DNA of 64,000 nt from Actinomycetales bacterium (GTDB taxonomy: Bacteria; Actinomycetota; Actinomycetes; Actinomycetales; CAVURS01): positions 1 to 64,000 of the forward strand of contig JBJMHS010000008.1 of NCBI GenBank assembly GCA_045807245.1, read 5' to 3'. This document shows positions 19,318-27,831 of the stretch, piece after piece. Numbering within the stretch: the first letter of the stretch is position 1; the number at the start of each line of letters is the position of its first letter. Below the pieces are notes generated by a model. It made no database searches, had not been told where the DNA came from, and worked only from the letters and a program-made list of their open reading frames with translations. The translations under genes were made by a program, and so were the position numbers.

Positions 19318-20126
19318 CGGCACTGAGTGCTGACCTCAAGGTCGAGTTAGTGGCGGATCGCCTGAACGGGTACGTGCGGCGCTATGACGAGACACATGAC
19401 CACCGCGCAGCGTTCGCGTTTACCTACTTCCGCCTGACACAGACATTGGCTGGAAGTCTCAACCGCCGAAGACCCCGCTTTCGCGACCCGGACTGGGTCG
19501 CCGACCTCTCCGTCGCGCTGGCGTCCCAGTACTTCAGGGCAATGGATGCGATCGATGGGTGGCTTCATCAGAAGCCACATCAACGCGGACACACGAACCG
19601 GGCCTTGGAACAACCGCAGGGGGTAGCTAGGCCCTGGCGGGACGTGTACCAAGCCTCTCTAGTGCCCCGGAGTTACGTCTTGGAGGACGTACTTTTTTCC
19701 ATGATGGCACACATGTCCTACGACCTTCCCATTGCATTGGAGACGTTGGCGTCGAGCGGGAAAGTCGCCAATCACATTTCCGATTATCACCTTATGAATG
19801 ACGTACTTGGTTCATCCATCGACGACGTTCAAGATGAGCTAGCCGAACGATATTGGCACATGATGTCAAGTCTGGATCAGCTGTTTACTCGTCAGGATGA
19901 GTTGCTAACGAACTACGGAATACGCGTCGCGCGCGGCCTCGCGTGGTTCAACTTTGATCGGTTGCAGGACGTGCGGGAGCATGCGAAGGCTAGAGCCTCG
20001 ATCGAGCGCAGCACCGCGGCGTTCATCGAGGAGATCAGAAACCCTAACGATTGGAAGCTTCGGACGGCCCTGACGGTTTGTCGCGCGCTCGTCCCAAGCC
20101 GACGCACTTGGCCCGATCACAAATGA
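19314..20126 (+). CDS. DUF5995-family protein
   Basis: FAFTYFRLT...FRDPDWV...AHMSYDLPIAL...DYHLMNDVL; GGAGG RBS. Confidence 0.75.
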   Translation: MTALSADLKVELVADRLNGYVRRYDETHDHRAAFAFTYFRLTQTLAGSLNRRRPRFRDPDWVADLSVALASQYFRAMDAIDGWLHQKPHQRGHTNRALEQPQGVARPWRDVYQASLVPRSYVLEDVLFSMMAHMSYDLPIALETLASSGKVANHISDYHLMNDVLGSSIDDVQDELAERYWHMMSSLDQLFTRQDELLTNYGIRVARGLAWFNFDRLQDVREHAKARASIERSTAAFIEEIRNPNDWKLRTALTVCRALVPSRRTWPDHK

Positions 20127-20567
20127 TTCCATACCGACCAGACACCTGGTCCACCCCGCGCGGCTCTCACATATTGAGCCTTTCGGACTGCACGGCACAG
20201 TAGCCGCAAATGCCATCGTCGGCCGCATTTGGGCTTGACGTATCCCCTCAGCAAAGAGCACATTCGCAGAGCGTTACTAGAAGAGAGGAAGGCGCGGGCC
20301 ATGGAAGCGAACGGGGTCGCAGGAGAGTTCGACGGAAGAGACCGCGACGGCGACGACGAAGCAAGTGAAGAGGAGTTCGAGGCGACGGAACTGGAAGATG
20401 CCGGCGGCAGTGCTGGCAATGAGGACGAAGCGGTTGCTGCTGACTCCGACGCAGAAAGTGGGCATGGGGTAAACATGCCGGACGCCAGGCCCGGCTACGG
20501 GGTTAATCAGCCCGACTAAATTGGCGCGCAGTACATCAGAGTCTGGCTCGAGAAACGAAGGCTGCAC

Positions 20568-22076
20568 GTGAATCCATCGGACGCCGGAACGGCGGAGGAA
20601 CTTGACGCGGCTAGGTCGGCTTCCGCGTATCTGTATTTCACACTCACTCACAGTAGAGTCACCTTCGATCATATTCTTCAAGCCCGATTGATCCGTCGCG
20701 ACATCACGCTCCCCATTCCCAAAGGGGACGTTGAGCAACGGCGTAGGTTTCAAGGAAGCCACACACTAGAACGAATGGCCAAGCTGGCATTCGCCGAGCA
20801 GCGGGATGGGGAGCAAATAGAGAGTGAGTTCTATTGCACTAAGGCTCGAGGCGGGTGCGCACGAACGACCAAAGACAAAATCTTCTCAGTGCTAAATGCC
20901 TCGGGCGAATTAGTAGTGATTGAAGGTCGAGTGCGACAGCTCGCTCGGGACGTCGAGCGAGTCTATGAGCCCGATCCGGGTTCCCTCGACCGGCACGACG
21001 CAATAGCAGCATTGTATTCAGTCATGAGCCGTGTTATGGATTTCGCCGACAAGTTGGAGGGTCAGCCGCCGTTGAACAACTCCGTGGTCCTGGCTGACTT
21101 GCACATGGAGTGGATAGACGCGCAGCGGCGTGTCAAAGACTTAGTTCAACGCAAGACTCGCTTTCAGTATCTTGCGGGGGTGATGCTGGGGTTGGCGCCG
21201 TCCCTTGCGGTCTTTGCCGCGATCGGCGTCATTGCGGATCGATGGTGGCCCACTCAGCTTGCTACCCCGGCATTCTTAGCGGCGACCATCGCCGGTACCT
21301 GCGGCGCCGCCGTCAGCGTCCTTCAGCGGATGTCGCCACCTGACGCGGGCGCGGCCCCCAGGGGCCGCCTCGGACGTCGAGAGCTACTGTTGGATTACAC
21401 GGCTCCTCGCAATCAAATCCGCGCACTAGGGGCCGCCCGACCGTTCGTCGGGGGTGTCCTCGCCGCGGTCGTGTACTTCGCCTTGCTGGGTGGACTGCTG
21501 ACGGTGCAAGGCCGGCCGACTGACGTACAGGACAGCCCATCGACGTTCGCGTTCTTCGGCCTTATGGGGTTCGCGGCTGGGCTCAGCGAACGTTTCGCGA
21601 CGGACATGCTGGAACGGGCTAGCGGCTCGGGGCTTGGCGACGCGGATCCGATTCCGCCCGTTGTTTCCACCCCTGACGCACCGGATACCCCCGGAACTAC
21701 CAGCGGCTCATACCGGGCAGCACCGGATCAAGCCGAAGGTGCGTCGACGTCGGCGGGCAACGAGGCTAAGGGCCGCGGGCGCACGGGAGTCGGTCCGGAC
21801 ATGGGGGTGCCTCCAGCGCCCAGTGGGCCACGCGTCGAGCTCAGGAATGACGCGGACGCCGAGCATCCCGAGGTTGAGGTCGGCGTCTCCGGCGGTTTGC
21901 ACGACGAGGCGGGGCCAGCACCTTCCTCGGCGTCGGCAAGGGACGATGCAGGCGGCAGCGGTAGCACCGAAGTCGCTCACGAGGGAAGTGCCCCGACCAC
22001 AAAGGGGGCTGCCCGATGGAGTAGGGAAGACCGCGCGTGCCCAGCAGTCGAAATCTTAAGTAGCCGAAACTGCTGA
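20568..22076 (+). CDS. Hypothetical 4-TM membrane protein with low-complexity tail
   Basis: Hydrophobic helices including GAAVSVLQR, RPFVGGV and GFAAGLSERF segments. Confidence 0.7.
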   Translation: MNPSDAGTAEELDAARSASAYLYFTLTHSRVTFDHILQARLIRRDITLPIPKGDVEQRRRFQGSHTLERMAKLAFAEQRDGEQIESEFYCTKARGGCARTTKDKIFSVLNASGELVVIEGRVRQLARDVERVYEPDPGSLDRHDAIAALYSVMSRVMDFADKLEGQPPLNNSVVLADLHMEWIDAQRRVKDLVQRKTRFQYLAGVMLGLAPSLAVFAAIGVIADRWWPTQLATPAFLAATIAGTCGAAVSVLQRMSPPDAGAAPRGRLGRRELLLDYTAPRNQIRALGAARPFVGGVLAAVVYFALLGGLLTVQGRPTDVQDSPSTFAFFGLMGFAAGLSERFATDMLERASGSGLGDADPIPPVVSTPDAPDTPGTTSGSYRAAPDQAEGASTSAGNEAKGRGRTGVGPDMGVPPAPSGPRVELRNDADAEHPEVEVGVSGGLHDEAGPAPSSASARDDAGGSGSTEVAHEGSAPTTKGAARWSREDRACPAVEILSSRNC

Positions 22077-22530
22077 TTTGGAGCAAGAGGCAAAGTCTGA
22101 TGCTGTCCGCGGTGCGTTCGACCGCCGAACGTGGCTCGTCGCGCATCGAGGCGTTGAGACGCGGATTAACTCATCGACCACTTTCAACCCCCAGGACGCG
22201 GCCACCGTCCGTGCGCTGTGACATGAACGACATCAGAAGAACGAGTCGTGTCACAGTATTTAGCTTGGTGCCTGAGCCATATGCACAGCCCAACATTGGT
22301 TTCGTTTGCGCAGTTGCCTAGGTCACTCGGGGAAGGCCCTCATTCCTCGCGTAGACCATAGTCACGGGCTCAATCGAGCCATGGTATGCCGCTTCGGTGG
22401 CTGCTAGTTTTGCGGCTTCCATGTATAAGTAGCTACTCACCGCCCTTGACGTGGTGGCCAAAACACCCCATGCGTGATGAGCTAGCCAAACAAGTCCGAG
22501 AAGAAATCTCTCAGTCTGAGAAGGCGCGAA

Positions 22531-24027
22531 ATGTCGAGCGACGCGGAACCTGGGCCTCCGGTGTGGTTGCCGCTGCGAAACGAATTTCTACCGGGCGAAG
22601 GTCATGCATGGTGGCGATGGTTCTGCCCGAGACCAACAGTCAAGATTCTCTTTTACACCGACTCTAACCTGGTGGATTTCAATGCAGGCCTCGATTTCGG
22701 CGTCGATCATCTGCGAGACATACTCCGCACACAGAGTTCGTTCTACGCACAGTTCGATATTGACCTGGTCAACCGTCACTCGGGCGGCCACGCCAACCAC
22801 AAATTGACGGCGGCTCTCCTAAACGGCTACGACCAGCTCTGGATATTTGGTGTATTGCAGTGCAACCAGCAGGGCCTTCCGGAGAACGAACTGACGGCTG
22901 CTGAAGTGGCCGACCTGCGTGCCTGGATGGACGCTGGCGGCGGTGTTCTCATCACTGGCGACCACTCGAATCCTCGGCCGCCAGATGCCGACTCTGCACT
23001 TGACCCGTATCTGAACCTGGGCCGTGCGATCGGTCGAGGAGTGCCGCGAGCGGGGGAACTTCGCCGGTGGGAAGGCCTCCCTGACGCGTCTTTCGTAAAT
23101 AATCACAACACTCAGGTCCCTGACTTCATTCGCGACATTAATGATCTTGCCCTCCAAGAGGACTCGCTGCCGCAGCACCTCATCCTGAGCAAGTATGGGG
23201 TCGGCTGGGAGCTGCCGTACTTCCGGCGGCGATATCGGCCTCACCCGCTGTTCTGTGGGCGCAGCGGCCCGATCGACGCGTTCCCTGACCACATGCACGA
23301 GGGTCAGCTCGAGATCCCAACTAACCTGCCGAACGCGGCCTGGCCGGTCGGTCCTGGCGGTCAGCCAGAACCGGAGGTCGTCGCATCCGGCACCGACAAG
23401 CGCAACGGCCGAGTCTACGGAGTGACGACCGCCTACGACGGCTCCTTGGCAAATGTGGGTCGAATTGTTGCTGACTCGACCTGGCATCACTATTTCAATG
23501 TCAACTTGCGGGGCTTCGCGCTCGGCTCAACAGTCCTGGCTCGGATTTCGGAGTTCTATGGCAATCTGGCGGTCTGGCTGAGCCCGCCCGCTAAGCGGAG
23601 CCAGATGCGTTGCTGGATCTGGTGGTACCTGGCTGTCCATCCAGCAGTGCTTATGGTCACCAGGCATCCCTACTTTGTCATCGGATCGACAGCGTTGGAT
23701 GTGCTGGGTCGAGAGGCCGGCCAGTGTGTAATCACCGAGATGGGCTGGCCGTGGCCGGTTCTAGAGGTGGAGCGTCACAAATTTCCCTGGCCACCGGAGG
23801 AGGTTCTGTTTGGCTCGGTCATCTCCGAGTACCACGCGGTGTTCGACCGCGCCACGGAGGATAGGACGCACGAACTTCCGGACCGCGAAGCCATCGTAAG
23901 GCGAGGGGTCGAGCGCGCAGTTGAAGCTCACGTCAGCGACCTCACGGAAGCGTTGGAAGCCGCTCGCGGGCTTCCGGCGGTTCTTGCCGGCAAGTTCGAT
24001 GACTATGCTGGTCAGCGTTCTACCTAG
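22531..24027 (+). CDS. Hypothetical protein, class I glutamine-amidotransferase-like fold with several His motifs
   Basis: KILFYTD, YDQLWIFG, LRAWMDAGGGVLITGDH, PDHMHEG, GRIVADSTWHH. Confidence 0.72.
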   Translation: MSSDAEPGPPVWLPLRNEFLPGEGHAWWRWFCPRPTVKILFYTDSNLVDFNAGLDFGVDHLRDILRTQSSFYAQFDIDLVNRHSGGHANHKLTAALLNGYDQLWIFGVLQCNQQGLPENELTAAEVADLRAWMDAGGGVLITGDHSNPRPPDADSALDPYLNLGRAIGRGVPRAGELRRWEGLPDASFVNNHNTQVPDFIRDINDLALQEDSLPQHLILSKYGVGWELPYFRRRYRPHPLFCGRSGPIDAFPDHMHEGQLEIPTNLPNAAWPVGPGGQPEPEVVASGTDKRNGRVYGVTTAYDGSLANVGRIVADSTWHHYFNVNLRGFALGSTVLARISEFYGNLAVWLSPPAKRSQMRCWIWWYLAVHPAVLMVTRHPYFVIGSTALDVLGREAGQCVITEMGWPWPVLEVERHKFPWPPEEVLFGSVISEYHAVFDRATEDRTHELPDREAIVRRGVERAVEAHVSDLTEALEAARGLPAVLAGKFDDYAGQRST

Positions 24028-24254
24028 AACGACCCTCGGGCGGGGCCGGGACACTACATCTGGTTGTCCCCCGCGGCAGGAAGTTCTGTAAAGCAGAGAG
24101 CCCTTACAACAGGTCGATGTCCGCCAAGGTTGCGCTGTGATCGGATGCCGCGTCGATAGCCTTGCGCAGTGGCTGTTGTCTTTGGCCTAGCGGTTCACGG
24201 CGGAGGAGAGACTCGGAAGTTTGCTGGATGGCGACTGAACTCCCCGGTGGACAC

Positions 24255-24548
24255 CTATTGTCGGACGTTCCCGCTCCGAGCCATGTCGTCCGCAAGGCGC
24301 TGCCGCACCACGTGTAGGGCGCGTCCGCCAACGCGCCGTGCCGCGGAGATATAGGGCGCGATTGTGGCTCGTAGCCTCTCAGCGTCTTGTTTGGAAAGGT
24401 CGATCTCGTAATCCCGTCCATCAATGCCAAAGGTCACCGTCTCGCTTGTTCTGGCATCGCTGTCGTTCACCGACAACCACCTCCGATCCGGGTTGGTAGG
24501 ACGATGGTCACGAGTTCGGCCGACCTTAAGGCGGTCGCGGAGCGCCAC
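24255..24548 (-). pseudogene. lsr2: Truncated Lsr2 (dimerisation domain only)
   Basis: ETVTFGIDGRDYEIDLS...LRATIAPYISAARRVGG, then a stop before any RGR DNA-binding domain. Confidence 0.72.
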
Positions 24549-24857
24549 TTGCAGCGTGGATCAAGGGATCTTGGGACCTGCTCCTGCTCTGATGCAGTTC
24601 GAGCCCAAGCTGCCCACCGAGTTGGGGCGATGAGCAGGGGAGCTCTTCGAAGGATCAGGACTAACGGTTAAGGAACTCGACCCCGAGCTGGCTTTCAAGC
24701 GTTTCTGCTGACGGGCTACTGGAGACTCGGACATTTTGCTCTCCCTCTGCCGTCAGGACTGCCAGCCGTCTGCTTGATCAACCCCCGGCGCTGATCAACC
24801 ACACAAGGAGTGTGTAGCAGCCCCACAGGCGCGTCAATAGGCGGCGGCGAGGGCCGC

Positions 24858-26177
24858 CTATCCGTGCGTGCGGGTCCGGCGTGGGGAGGTGGTGGGGAGG
24901 GTCGGCAGCGCGTGGGCATTCAACGCATGCTCCAGCGCCCGGTAAGCGGCGTCGTGGTTGCCCAGTGCCTTGTGCGTGTCTGCCAGTCCTCGCCATGTGT
25001 GGGCGGCGGGGCGGCTGTGGGGCAGGCTCAACAGGGTGAGCTCGAGCTGGTCGGCAAGGGCGGCGCTTGTCTCGTGGTCGCCGCGCTCCAAGTGAGCTTG
25101 GGCGAGAACGAGGAGGGTGTCGGCGGTCTCGGCTCTCGCTTGGGTACCGAGGCGCTCGAGGGCTCTGTCGGCGAGGTTGACTGCTGCGTCGGGGTCACCG
25201 TGCAAGAGCGCGGCGCGGGCTTGCTCGGTCTCCAAGTAGGCAAGATCGGTGTCGGTGCCGCTGGTAGCTAGCTTGCTCCCAGCCTGGGCCAGGAGACGGT
25301 CGACGGCGTCGAGGTGCTCCGGCGCGTCGGGGTGACGCATCCAGAACCAAGCGCAGGCGACGGCGCACCTCGCCCATGCCCGTTCGTCGTCGCCCTCGCT
25401 CAGCAGTGCGAGTGCACGCTCGGCATAGGCGACGGCCCTAGGTAAGTCGCCTAACGCCTCGGCGACGCCGGCAACGTTCCAGTAAGCGGAACCCCGGGCC
25501 TTCCAGGACGAGCCGGCGTCCACCAGGGCAAGAAGCTCTCGTGCGGTGGTCTCGGCGTTAAGCAGGTCGCCGACTGTGTAATAGCGTCCGACCAGCGTAG
25601 ATAGCGCTTGAGCGTGTTCGTCCGTACCGGTCAGGCCGTGGCTCTCGATCGTCGTGGCCGCCTCGATGGCGGCTTCAAGGGCGGCCACGTCCTCGCCGAT
25701 CTCGCCGAAGCAGCGGCTCCGCGCGATGTGTGCGCGAACCAGCAGCAGGTAGTCGCCGGTCAAGCCGACACCGACCACCACGCGGTCCAGAACGGTCAGA
25801 GCGGCTTCGAGGTCGCCGAGGGCCTCCAAGGCCCGGGCCAGTCCCCATGAGGCTGGCAGGCCAACGGATGCCTCGAGGGCGGCGAACTCGGCCCGCGCCC
25901 GCTCGTGCTCCCCGGTGGAGAGCGCCAACTCGGCCCCTGCCAGTGCCCAGCGTCGCTCGTCGTCCAGCTTGTCGGCGAGGGTAGGCCCGGATAACTCGAA
26001 CGGATCGAGGCCCAGCACGCCAGCGAGGTGCGCGATCACACGCGCAGTGGGCTCGCGCTTGCCGTTCTCCAGCATCGACACATAACTGACCGACACGCCC
26101 GGCCCGGACAGGTCCGACTGCTGCAGTCCTCTCTGCAGACGCAGCGCCTTCAGCCGCTGACCGAACTGCTCCGCCAT
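24858..26177 (-). CDS. XRE-HTH plus TPR-repeat transcriptional regulator
   Basis: FGQRLKALRLQRGLQQSDL...YVSMLENGKREP HTH, then Ala/Leu-rich helical TPR-like repeats; AAAGGGG RBS before ATG 26177. Confidence 0.9.
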   Translation of the reverse strand: MAEQFGQRLKALRLQRGLQQSDLSGPGVSVSYVSMLENGKREPTARVIAHLAGVLGLDPFELSGPTLADKLDDERRWALAGAELALSTGEHERARAEFAALEASVGLPASWGLARALEALGDLEAALTVLDRVVVGVGLTGDYLLLVRAHIARSRCFGEIGEDVAALEAAIEAATTIESHGLTGTDEHAQALSTLVGRYYTVGDLLNAETTARELLALVDAGSSWKARGSAYWNVAGVAEALGDLPRAVAYAERALALLSEGDDERAWARCAVACAWFWMRHPDAPEHLDAVDRLLAQAGSKLATSGTDTDLAYLETEQARAALLHGDPDAAVNLADRALERLGTQARAETADTLLVLAQAHLERGDHETSAALADQLELTLLSLPHSRPAAHTWRGLADTHKALGNHDAAYRALEHALNAHALPTLPTTSPRRTRTHG

Positions 26178-26261
26178 CGCGTCCCCTTTGCCTCCGGGCC
26201 AGCCGCTCGACTCCTGTGCACGGTACCGGGACGGCCCGACACGACACGCCACGAGTGGGTG

Positions 26262-26280
26262 CTTCACACAATCTGTGAAG
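26262..26280. promoter_or_regulatory. Palindrome CTTCACA-N5-TGTGAAG (operator 1)
   Basis: Perfect 7-bp inverted repeat in the divergent intergenic region. Confidence 0.7.
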
Positions 26281-26285
26281 TAGAG

Positions 26286-26320
26286 CCGCTATACAACACA
26301 GATCGTGTGTTGTATAGCGG
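26286..26320. promoter_or_regulatory. Perfect 15-bp inverted repeat CCGCTATACAACACA-N5-TGTGTTGTATAGCGG (operator 2)
   Basis: Read directly; ends immediately before the AGAGG RBS of the peptide gene. Confidence 0.8.
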
Positions 26321-26333
26321 AAGAGGTGTCGTG

Positions 26334-26459
26334 ATGCGGTCTCGAATCCTTACTTGCGCCCTGGCCCTGGTGCTCGCATCCGGGCTCAGCTTGGCGAGCG
26401 TGTCGAGCGCGAGCCCGACAACAACCCCCCGAACTGATAGTTGGCCGCTGTGCTGCTGA
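26334..26459 (+). CDS. 41-aa secreted propeptide MRSRILTCALALVLASGLSLASVSSA-SPTTTPRTDSWPLCC
   Basis: AGAGG RBS, basic n-region, hydrophobic h-region, SSA cleavage-like site; divergent from the HTH-TPR gene. Confidence 0.72.
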   Translation: MRSRILTCALALVLASGLSLASVSSASPTTTPRTDSWPLCC

Positions 26460-26738
26460 TCGGAATCCAGAGCCTGGAGGCGCACCTGAGGTCGTCGCGC
26501 CGAGTCGCCGGCCAGCTTTGACGGGGTGGAGAGCACCGGGATCGCTTGGTCAAGTTGGTGTCGGTGACCGGAGGAAGATTCACCACTCCGCTGCACGAGT
26601 TGCGCACGCGCGCAGCGCCTCGCGAGAAGGAGCGCTACGAGGACAGGCATCCCGGCGCGGCCCTGGCGCTCGCTGTGAGCGGACTGATTAGACATCGCCA
26701 TGCGGCAGTAACGCCGCCTACTTGTGAAGAGGTACATC

Positions 26739-27074
26739 GTGGCTGGTTCCGGTGAGACGTACGCACGGTCGGACGGCAAGTACGCGTTTCGTGTGAAGGC
26801 GAGCAACGGGCAAACGGTGGCAACTGACGGCAATCAGGGGTACGACAGCCGGTCCGGCGCACGTTCGACCCTTGCGAACGTGATGGCCGGTGTCTACAAG
26901 ACCTCCGAGGTGTACAAGCGCTCCGACGGGCTGTACGCGTTCCGGATCAAGTCGGCGAACGGCCAGATCGTGGCGACGGACGGCAACCAGGGATACTCGA
27001 CGAGGGCGAGTGCCGAGACTATTGCCAGCAACATCACCAAGGGCGAGTACGACGGCCCGATCACCGACCTCTAG
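26739..27074 (+). CDS. yegP: YegP/DUF1508-family protein (two repeats)
   Basis: Two copies of YxRSDGxYAFRxKxxNGQxVATDGNQGY; GAGG RBS before GTG 26739. Confidence 0.85.
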   Translation: MAGSGETYARSDGKYAFRVKASNGQTVATDGNQGYDSRSGARSTLANVMAGVYKTSEVYKRSDGLYAFRIKSANGQIVATDGNQGYSTRASAETIASNITKGEYDGPITDL

Positions 27075-27831
27075 TGGTCGCTAAACGACGCCAGCCGGAC
27101 CATCGCTGATCGCGATTCTTGGTTGATCAGGTGGAGTGCCACGTACGGCGGTCGACCTCGGCGGACGGGCTGCGCCTTTGTCAGAGCCCGTTGGAAGAGT
27201 GCGGCGACAGTTGAAGGTCGTTCCAGTCGCCAAGGATCGCTCGCGTGGCCGAGGTCACGACTGGTTCCTAGGGCCTGCCTACGCGGAACACGGATCAGGC
27301 ATGCCCAGGGCATCCTGACGGACCGCTGTCGACGGCCGAGCGCCATTCGAGTTCTTCGCCACCACCGCCGAGGACTGCACCATCAGGCGATCGGAGATCA
27401 CTCGCCGCCTGACCGACAGCATCGCAACCAGCACGGGTACACCCGGCTAAGTAGTTTGAGGCGGTCGCCGACCGTCGGCATACAGCAACAGAAGACACTC
27501 AACACACTGCCTCCTCTGCGATGAAAACGAACCCTCGACCAGAACGCAGCGAACGCCGCACACGCTGGTGGTCTCCAGCCCCATTGCTCACTCCCTGTGC
27601 CGTGGAGCCCTAAGCTCTTTGACGATCCTGTCGTCGTCCGGACGCCGCCCGCTGCCCGCTGCCAGCAGGGTTAGTGCATTCGGGTGAACGTTTGAGCGTG
27701 CTTTACCGGCCCTTGACCAACACCAGCCAATGGCAAGGTTGTGCAGCCGCGCCGTCCGCCATACGTTCCGCTGCACCGCTACGGAGTGCAGCAGAGCGCT
27801 CCACGGAGCGTGAACTCCCAGGGTGGGCATC

